Shown: positions 55,358 through 64,000 of the stretch, one piece after another | How positions within the stretch are numbered: the first letter of the stretch is position 1 | How the letters are laid out: every line of letters starts with the position of its first letter | Source: Octopus vulgaris | Taxonomy: Eukaryota | Length of the DNA: 64,000 nt | Assembly (NCBI GenBank): GCA_951406725.2 | Contig: OX597834.1 | Coordinates: 15,996,001 to 16,060,000 of the forward strand | Direction of reading: 5' to 3' | Made by a program: the position numbers and the translations under genes | Notes under the pieces: model-generated | Told to the model about the DNA's origin: nothing | Seen by the model: the letters and a program-made list of their open reading frames with translations, nothing else | The model's database searches: none

Positions 55358-55737
55358 ATAAGAAAATATAAAGACCTACTCATTGAAATTGAGAAAATGT
55401 GGCATCTCAAGGCGGTTATAATACCAGTGATCGTAGGAGCACTAGGAATGATCAAGAAGGGAACCGAAAATTATATGAGGATGATCCCTGGCTTACCATC
55501 CCTGCAAGAAGTGCAAAAGATTGTCTTAACTGGTACATCACACGTATTGAGAAGAGTATTGTCGATGTGAGAACTGTTGCTGCTCATGTATTTTAATTTA
55601 ACTTTAAAAAAAAATGAACGAACTATTGAGTTTGGTTTAATGGCCTACCAATGTATACTATGAGTTTCTTTGCCCTAGGAGTCGGGAAGACACTCAGCAA
55701 GAAATGGAAGCAAATTTGAAAGAAGAAGAAAAACCCA
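55358..55737 (+). mobile_element. R4/Dong-like retrotransposon 3' end (restriction-like endonuclease C-terminus)
   Basis: Translates KYKDLLIEIEKMWHLKAVIIPVIVGALGMIKKG...LQEVQKIVLTGTSHVLRRVLSM*, with (TAA)n on both sides. Confidence 0.9.
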
Positions 55738-55739
55738 TA

Positions 55740-55821
<82 letters not shown>

Positions 55822-56596
55822 TGATTGTTTTTAGGAAAGATCGTAACCAGCTAGTAAAAAAAAAAAACAGAGAAGGGAGAAGAAAAATGAAAATACGACT
55901 GAAAGAAACAAACCATTCTGGAATTTCTCGCAGACTGTAAAACTAAAAATTGAAACATAAAACATCAAGTCAACTCGTACGAACTCCAGTTAAAAAGTTT
56001 AAAAAAGAAACGGATGCAAAAAAGTAATATGTTTTTTATTTCCTTTTCGTTTCTTTTTGTCTGTTGTTGTTTTTTTTTGTTTTTTTTTGTTAGGCATTCA
56101 TCTATATTGAAATAGAGACGACGTGGCGATGGTAGGGTAGGGTAGGGGAGCAGTAGAGACGAGGGGGGCCGGGTGGGGGGATGGAGAAGAAGAAGAAGGA
56201 TCGGGTCGGCAAACAGAAAAGAAGTTTTTTCCGAGTTAATTGGATGTGCTTCAAGTGCATAAGGGGCCAGTGAAGTGTGAAGGAAACGAAACCCAGCGGG
56301 CAACAGTTGTATTACTCCCCGTAATTCAGTTGGAAATGAACAGCGCCGGGGCCAGTCAGTTGTGAATTGGTTACAGTCAGGTGATGTGGTAGAGTTCGGG
56401 GGGAAGTAGGGGGAATGGCGATGGGGGAGACATTTAAAAAAAAAAAAAAGAAAAAATGAAATTCAAGACAATCAGTTTGTAACTCAACAGAAAACAAAAT
56501 AATACACATATACAGATGTACATATGATATGCACACATATATATATAGGTATATATATTTATATATATATATATAGGTGTATATATATGTGTATAT

Positions 56597-56631
<35 letters not shown>

Positions 56632-56639
56632 GGTGTATA

Positions 56640-56755
<116 letters not shown>

Positions 56756-56931
56756 CACATATATTTGTGTGTGTCTGTGTGTATGTATATATATATATAT
56801 GCACACATATATAAAATATGTACATACATACAGAGATATTGACACAGGTGCAGGAGACATATGTAAGCATAAAAATGCACGCAACCACAAGTGTCTGCAT
56901 ACATAAATACATACATACATATGTGTGTGTA

Positions 56932-57009
<78 letters not shown>

Positions 57010-57313
57010 GACCTATATTCATACATGCATTGGCATAAATAAGCAGGAAACCCACAAGCATGCACATGTATCCACATGGATGCACATTCTCCAGCATTCA
57101 AATGCACACACACACATGCAGACCTGCACATACACACACACATACATACATACACACACACATGCAAGTGTGCTTGTAGAAACAGCCACAAATGCATATA
57201 TACACATCCAAAGACATACATACTCCACAACATATACATACCCACACATGCAATCCTAGACATTCAAACACACACACAGACACACATTCTCTCTCTCTCC
57301 TTCTCTCTCTCTT

Positions 57314-57349
<36 letters not shown>

Positions 57350-57499
57350 TCAAGCATAATTGCAACCACAATCACAGATGCATGCACAATCATCCAAAGA
57401 CAAACATATTTAGAAGCACACATGCACATACCTGCACACACATACATATTCAAACACACACACACACACATACAAACACAAACACACAGCCATAGCCAC

Positions 57500-57530
<31 letters not shown>

Positions 57531-57572
57531 AACACACAACACACACACACACACAAACACACAACACACAGA

Positions 57573-57630
<58 letters not shown>

Positions 57631-58129
57631 CACGATGGCCGTCTACTGATTTGATGGGCATCACCATTGCCAACAAAGTGTCAGCAATGTGCATGCAAGT
57701 GTCTTAAGTTGAGTGCAGCTGTCACAAGAGTGCAATGAGTCTAACTCAAGCAATAGCAAGAAGTGCAGAGACAAGCAAAGTGCAAGATATCTCGCTCGGT
57801 AGAGCAGCAGGTTTTATATACCAAGCCACATTATTTCACATTGCTCCAGTTCACTCAGCTGTGAAGAAATGGGTTGCAATGTCACAGGTGCCAAACTGTA
57901 TCGGCCTTTGCCCTTCCTTTGGATAACATAAGTAGAGCAGAGAGGAGAGGTTGGTGTGCATGGGTGACTGCTGGTCTTCCATAAACAACCTTGCCCGGAC
58001 TCGTACCTCAGAGGGGAACTTTCAAGGTGCAATCCCATGGTCATTCATGACTGAAGGGGGTCTTTACCCTAGCCTTCTCTTAGAGGGATGCCTTGACAAA
58101 GACCTGGAGTCCCTCACTCCGAATGGGAT

Positions 58130-58527
58130 TTACTCTTTACTCTTTTACTTGTTTCAGTCATTTGACTGTGGCCATGCTGGAGCACCGCCTTTAGTCGAGC
58201 AAATCGACTCCAGGACTTATTCTTTGTAAGCCTAGTACTTATTCTATCGGTCTCTTTTGTCGAACTGCTAAGTTACGGAGGATATAAACACACCAGCATC
58301 GGTTGTCAAGCGATGCTAGGGGGACAAACACAGGCACACACACATACATATATACATATATACGATGGGCTTCTTTCAGTTTCCGTCTACCAAATCCACT
58401 CACAAGGCTTTGGTCAGCCCGAGGCTATAGTAGAAGACATTTGCCCAAGATGCCACGCAGTGGGATTGAACCCGGAACCATGTGGTTGGTAAGCAAGCTA
58501 CTTACCACACAGCCACTCCTGCACCTA
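58130..58527 (-). mobile_element. SINE family A, full length
   Basis: Family match. Confidence 0.9.
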
Positions 58528-58605
58528 TAGCAACATCAGACACCAACCTAAGTATTTCCACATCCCAGTGCATGCACACACACGCGTGTGTATGCGTTGT
58601 GTGTG

Positions 58606-58641
<36 letters not shown>

Positions 58642-58819
58642 CAATAACTGCTTTCTCATAACTGAGCATAGCCATTGCCAGAAAGAGTCAGTGAAATGAG
58701 TCATTGATGATGCAATGTGAGGCCCCTGTATGACTCTAGAGCCCTGGCCAAAGTTTTGCACATTTCATTGCATAATGCACAGCTGTGCTGGCTGGCAGAG
58801 GGAACAGGTAGCACAGTAT

Positions 58820-58975
58820 GAAGTCTTTCTTCCTTATCACATACCTTGTCATCTGAGCATGCTATGTCTATGATCCAGCATAGTTTGTTTTCTTTCTCAA
58901 TTAAGACTATATCTAGCTTCCTATTCTCAATCTCATGGTCGCACTAGATCATAAAATCCCTTAGGATCTTTGCAT
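58820..58975 (-). mobile_element. R4/Dong-like RLE domain fragment (pseudogene)
   Basis: Translates ILRDFMI*CDHEIENRKLDIVLIEKENKLCWIIDIACSDDKVCDKEER, resembling the ILWDFxIQTDHxIxxRRPDIV...IIDxAxP motif. Confidence 0.75.
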
Positions 58976-59286
58976 TTCTATTTTCGACGATGCCTTCAGG
59001 TTTGTGGTTGTACCAATTTTTTGCTCTGTCAAGTCCATACTTGACATGCGTTTTCAATCCTCTAAACGAAAGGCACACCTTCCCACAGGTTGCGCATGTC
59101 CTGCTGTGAACAATAGCTGTATCACAATTTGTACATACTCACACATAAGGAAGCACATAAATGCAAAACAGGGTGGAAAAAAAAAATAGTACTCGACTAC
59201 CAAAGGTAGAGTAATGTGCTTTTATTGAAGCTGCAAAATTTTCACAAACACACAACTCAAAATACAAACTTGTGTATTCACTTGAG

Positions 59287-59335
<49 letters not shown>

Positions 59336-59729
59336 CAGCGAATTTGCACAGACACAAATGCACATATATTCACAAAGGTGTATGGAATTGCAGTAACAAT
59401 AGAAATGCAAACATATGCAACCCACACATACATTTACATACCTGTACAAACACACACACACACACACACATATATAAATGATCACATGTACATACTTATA
59501 TGCACAGATATATAGATACAGGCACACATATATACATGTGCACATGAACACACACAGACACGCACATACGTATATAACATGGATACACATACATATAGAG
59601 AAATACTGACACAAACATATGCACAAAAATTCACACACATATATAATTCCATGTACACATACAAGTAACAGATACATTCCAAAAGCATGCATGCACGCAT
59701 ACACACACACGCACACACACATACATGCA

Positions 59730-60030
59730 TAGTGTCTCATAAGTCTGTCAGAATTTTAGATATTAAACATGCTCAAATGCTGAATTTCATACGGGTCACC
59801 AGATACTTTTGCTTGGCTGAGAGAAGCAATGTGTCTCATAAGTCAGTCTGGATTTCAGATAGTCAACATGTTGAAATCCGGCTTTACATACGGGACACCA
59901 AATACAGCGCTGTTTGGTTGAGAGAGCCAGGCGTCCCAAAAGTCTGTCAGAATCTCACATATCAAACATGTTCAAATGCTGCCTTAAATACGGGTCACTA
60001 TATTCTGCTGTTTGGTTTATAAAAACAATG
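59730..60030. repeat. About 97-bp unit x 3 tandem repeat
   Basis: GTGTCTCATAAGTC...AACATG..CAAATGC...ATACGGG.CAC recurs three times. Confidence 0.8.
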
Positions 60031-60154
60031 TGTTTTATTTGATATTAGATAATTTACTACGCATGATCTAAGGGAGGTAACTCAAGTGGGTGATCAATGG
60101 CATGAATTCCAAAAATTCAGATAGGTGGTCATGTACTAAATGATGGATGCATTC

Positions 60155-60550
60155 TTTTACTTGTTTCAGACATTAGGCTGTGGCCATGCTGGGGCACTGC
60201 CTTGAAGAAGTTTAAATGAAATGAATCAACTCCAGGACTTGTTTTTGATTTTTTTTTTTAATCTTGTACTTACTCCATCGATGTCTCTAGCTGAGCTGCT
60301 AAGTCATGGAGATGTAAACACACCAACACTGGTTGAAAGCAGTTTGGGGAACAAACAGACACAAAGACACACACACACACATATATATATATATACACAC
60401 ACATATATACACACAATGGCTTTCTTTCAGTTTCTGTCTATTAAATCCACTTACAAGGCTTTGGTCAGCCTGAGGCTATAGCAGAAGACGCTGGACACGC
60501 AGTAGGACTGAACCTGAGACCAAACAGTTGAGAAGCAACTTTCTTACCGC
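60155..60550 (-). mobile_element. Divergent SINE family A
   Basis: Family match. Confidence 0.75.
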
Positions 60551-61340
60551 ACATATAACAAAAAGAAAACCCAAAAAAAGAACAAAATTCAAAGATGTGA
60601 AATGTGCCTCTTTGTTCGAGAAGGAAAACAAAAACCTAATGGCAATTATCAGGAACCCTCAGAAAAAAAAGGGGGGGGGGGCAAGGAATACAATTTGTTA
60701 ATTAGCTCCTAAACTCATATCCAGGCCTAGTATCAAGAAAATACTCACATATTCACCTCCTCCTCTTCCTCCCCCTCTACCTGCTCCTTATTTGATGTAA
60801 ACAACTTCAGAGAAAATATGAAAGAGGAAGGCAGCACATGATTTGCTCAACCTACATGAAATAGCAGTCAAATCTCCCTCAGATTATATCCCCTATTATC
60901 CTGAAGAGCAAAAAGGGAAAGATGCATCAGATAATATAGTCCTAGATATATTATGTATAACTGAGGCACGGTAAAAGTTGGAGTTGTCATGGATGGAAGG
61001 AGTCTCACAACAGTCCTCTTTGAATGGACTATCTGAGCCATAACATACTTTCTCTCTCCCCATGTAGGTCAAAGTACTTTATTCTTGTATTCTTCTACAT
61101 GTTTCAGCCCTAGGCTTGTGGCCATGCTAGGGCAATGCCAGTGAAAAAATCTACTTAACAGAGTATGGTTTATATATATATATATATATATAAATGTTAT
61201 GGATATGTACTTGCATAGCAAGTGACTTGATCTGAGATTGTGTGCTGGAACGAAAACAATTGCAGCGTGGAAGGTGTTTATAAGCCATTTAAGAAACGCA
61301 CAAAAACCGTTAGATTCACTTCAACATTTAAATTTAATTT

Positions 61341-61385
61341 GTCAAAATATTTTCGGCGCTTTGAGACCGTGACCTGTTCACAGAC
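61341..61385 (-). ncRNA. Hammerhead-like motif, G3:C8 variant, in foldback element 61196-61475
   Basis: GTCT-GTGAACA-G-GTCAC-ggtctcaaa-GCGCC-GAAA-ATAT-TT-TGAC. Combining paralogs restores stems GTCA/TGAC and GTCGC/GCGAC. Confidence 0.5.
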
Positions 61386-61601
61386 AAAACTTCATGCTTC
61401 ATCTCGAGAAGTGAATCTAATGGTTTTTGTGTGTTTCTTAAATGGCTTTTAAACACCTTCTATGCTGCAATTGTTTATATATATATTGCATTAAGAAAAT
61501 GGAGGGCATCAATAGGTGGTTCACAAGAAAACAAAAGACGAAGACACATGTATAAACAACAAACAGGTGTATTAGTTTAACACTCGGGAAAGTGAGAAAG
61601 T

Positions 61602-61637
61602 CTTTTACATTTCGAGCCTAGGCTCTTCATCAGAAAG
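61602..61637 (-). ncRNA. Minimal type-I hammerhead ribozyme motif (canonical core)
   Basis: CTTT-CTGATGA-A-GAGC-ctag-GCTC-GAAA-TG-TA-AAAG. Confidence 0.75.
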
Positions 61638-61789
61638 GAACACAAGAAAATAAACAGAGAATAAAGAAAAAAGCTTTAGTGGCTAGCAGTCAATTATGGC
61701 GGCTGGCTCATATATCATCATCAACATCATCATCATCATCATTTAACATCCATTTTCCATGCTGACATGGGTCGGACAGTTTGTATTAG

Positions 61790-62010
61790 GTAATGACATT
61801 CGGCACACACTGGCTGTTGGATTTACACTTGAGCAGAGAATTCCATTTGGAGATTAAAGCCAAATGTGAGAGATTCTGAAGGAGTCTTTGTTGGGAAGAT
61901 GGGGGAGGAAGAAGAGAAAACAAGGTCAATGAAAGATGATTTAAAAGTGTATGATCCTAGATGGTAAAAGGTTGGGGGATGGGTGAAATTCTCGAGTGTT
62001 TCCTTGTTGA
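61790..62010 (-). mobile_element. Possible LINE AP-endonuclease fragment
   Basis: Translates ENFTHPPTFYHLGSYTFKSSFIDLVFSS, resembling the PTF...SxIDLxF motif of LINE APE domains. Confidence 0.4.
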
Positions 62011-62169
62011 ACCTTTGTGTTTATTCAAGGAATTATACTTGCAAAGTCGAATTACAGCAAAGAGAGAGACGCTTTCAGATACAGACTGTAGTGCATGTAG
62101 GTATACATGTATGTCTAATATGTGAGTGTTTATGTAAGTTACGAAAATGTGTTTACATCTACTGTTATA

Positions 62170-62211
<42 letters not shown>

Positions 62212-62385
62212 CTAAAATATATATATATAATTGCTGAAATTATATATATATATATATAATTTCAGCAAAACAATTTAGATTCAAAAGAATATGGTATTTA
62301 ACTTAGATGCAGCAGAATTTTTTATGGTATTAACCATAAAATTACGTGGGGTGATTATAACCAAGAAGAAAGCAACAAGAATGGT

Positions 62386-63297
62386 TATATATATATATAT
62401 AAAACTGAGAATGTCTGTCTGTCTGTCTGTGTGTTTCCCTAAAACTTGAGAACTACACAACCAATTTCATTCAAATTTTACACATGTCTTACTTAGGGTC
62501 CGGGGAGTGTCATGGGCAAAGAAAATGTTCAGTTTCTTGCCTAATATCATATCTTCTCCACTATTTCAGTATTACGTGTTAAAAGTGAAACAAAAACATT
62601 TCTCTATTTTATGTCAGATACTTTCACTTGAACAATAAAAATTAGAGATAATAATAACAATTGAATTATATGTAGTAAGTAATAATTAAAATCAAACTAA
62701 AGTATAAAATTAGCGTGCAGAAATGGAATAGTCTAGATGGATAATGAAAAATTAAATTAAAGAAAAGACTATTGTCTATAAAGTATACAATGTAGAGAAA
62801 AAAGAAGATTTGAACACCTGGAGGAAAGCACCATCGAAAAGTGTCTTGGTGCAACTATGAAAGATATCTAACCAGAGGCGGTAAATTCTCCACAATAGAA
62901 GCAAGGTTCGAGTCAACGGAGCGTGCAAGGGAGTACTCGCCTCGAACTTGCAAAGTGGAAATATTTTATTTTCGCCTTTATATCTGGGACATAGGATGTC
63001 CCAGATAAAAATTTAAAATGTCCCCCCAGAAGTAGAGGTAGGCTGGATTGCAGCCACACTTCTATACAAGAGGGAGGACAAGATACAATTGATCAAAATT
63101 GCAAGAGACGGGCTTACAATTCCAGTCTGTTATATATTTTGAGTATTGTTATCACCAGCGATATCAAGATATAACTTTGTATTTTGTATTTTATGTGTAG
63201 ATGCATATATATAGATGTACATGTAATATGTACACATATATATACACATATATACATGCACTAGCACTATGACAGGCAACGACGGGTCATAATGTTA

Positions 63298-63298
<1 letters not shown>
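62386..63298 (+). mobile_element. Non-autonomous Helitron-like element
   Basis: TATATAAAACTGAGAATGTCTGTCTG start, similar to the other Helitron 5' ends. The 3' end reads GGCAACGACGGGTCATAATGTTAG|T. The 5' TC is obscured by (TA)n. Confidence 0.55.
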
Positions 63299-63330
<32 letters not shown>

Positions 63331-63420
63331 GTACAGTTCCATGATGGTAAAATCAACAAAAACAGGACTTTAGCTGGTGAGAGATAAGTATTATTTAATA
63401 AACACAGTATATGTTTTTAT

Positions 63421-63501
63421 GTGCTACAATTAGTTTCATGTGATGGGAGCATGCTAGACAGTATTTTTAATGTGAGGTATCTCAGCACAATCTTCAGGCA
63501 C
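63421..63501 (-). ncRNA. Type-I hammerhead ribozyme motif with an extended stem II
   Basis: GTGC-CTGAAGA-T-TGTG...CACA-T-GAAA-CTAATTG-TA-GCAC: stem I GTGC/GCAC, GUA cleavage triplet. Confidence 0.65.
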
Positions 63502-64000
63502 TGCCCACATGGTATAACAAACTAAAAAAAATTAGTTTGATATTCATCATCATCATCACCATATAATGTCTTGGCACCCTACTAGCACGGGCACAAGTGC
63601 CAGTAAGGCAACGCTGGTAACGACCATGCTCGAATGGTGCCCTTTAAGTGCCACTGGCACAGAAGCCGGTTATCCGCTCTGTCAATGATCACGCTCATAT
63701 GGTGCTCTTTGCAGCCAGCTAACACGGACACCAGTCATCGAATTTAATTTTGATTTTGATTTTGCTTTTGATTGATTGATTTCACTTGCCTCAACAGGTC
63801 TTTGCAACCAGAATTTTAGTGCCCAAAGAAGGAAAAGGTACACATAAGTGGGCTGGTTACACACCTGCCATAGGCCATGAGATTATGGTTTCATTTGGCT
63901 TGCCGGGTCTTATACATACACACACACTTTGTCGACACACACACATATATACATACACAAACAGGTAAACAGACATGTATTTATATATATATATACACAC

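Noticed and set aside
62231-62268. Perfect palindrome TTGCTGAAAT-(TA)n-ATTTCAGCAA
   Set aside because: Short, centred on self-complementary (TA)n and seen once; likely a local fold-back repair scar.

Overview
AT-rich, microsatellite-saturated eukaryotic non-coding DNA. The SINE families and (TA)n/(CA)n/(GA)n/(TAA)n load strongly suggest an octopus (coleoid cephalopod) genome, probably intronic or intergenic; the species is inferred, not searched. I find no intact host protein-coding gene, and almost all ORF-track entries are translated microsatellites or SINEs. Identifiable content: many tRNA-derived SINE copies (some nested, with clear TSDs); fragments of mariner transposases and of RTE, CR1-like, Hero/NeSL-like and R4/Dong-like non-LTR retrotransposons (the R4/Dong copies sit in (TAA)n tracts); non-autonomous Helitrons; and hAT, Tigger and piggyBac MITEs. 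The most interesting signal is a dense set of minimal type-I hammerhead ribozyme motifs from several sequence families. They include apparent G3:C8 and U3:A8 core covariants and lie in or next to (TA)n-flanked foldback elements. One copy is linked to a Penelope-like GIY-YIG ORF end and an internal tRNA-like Pol III promoter. All folds were assigned by eye and are untested.
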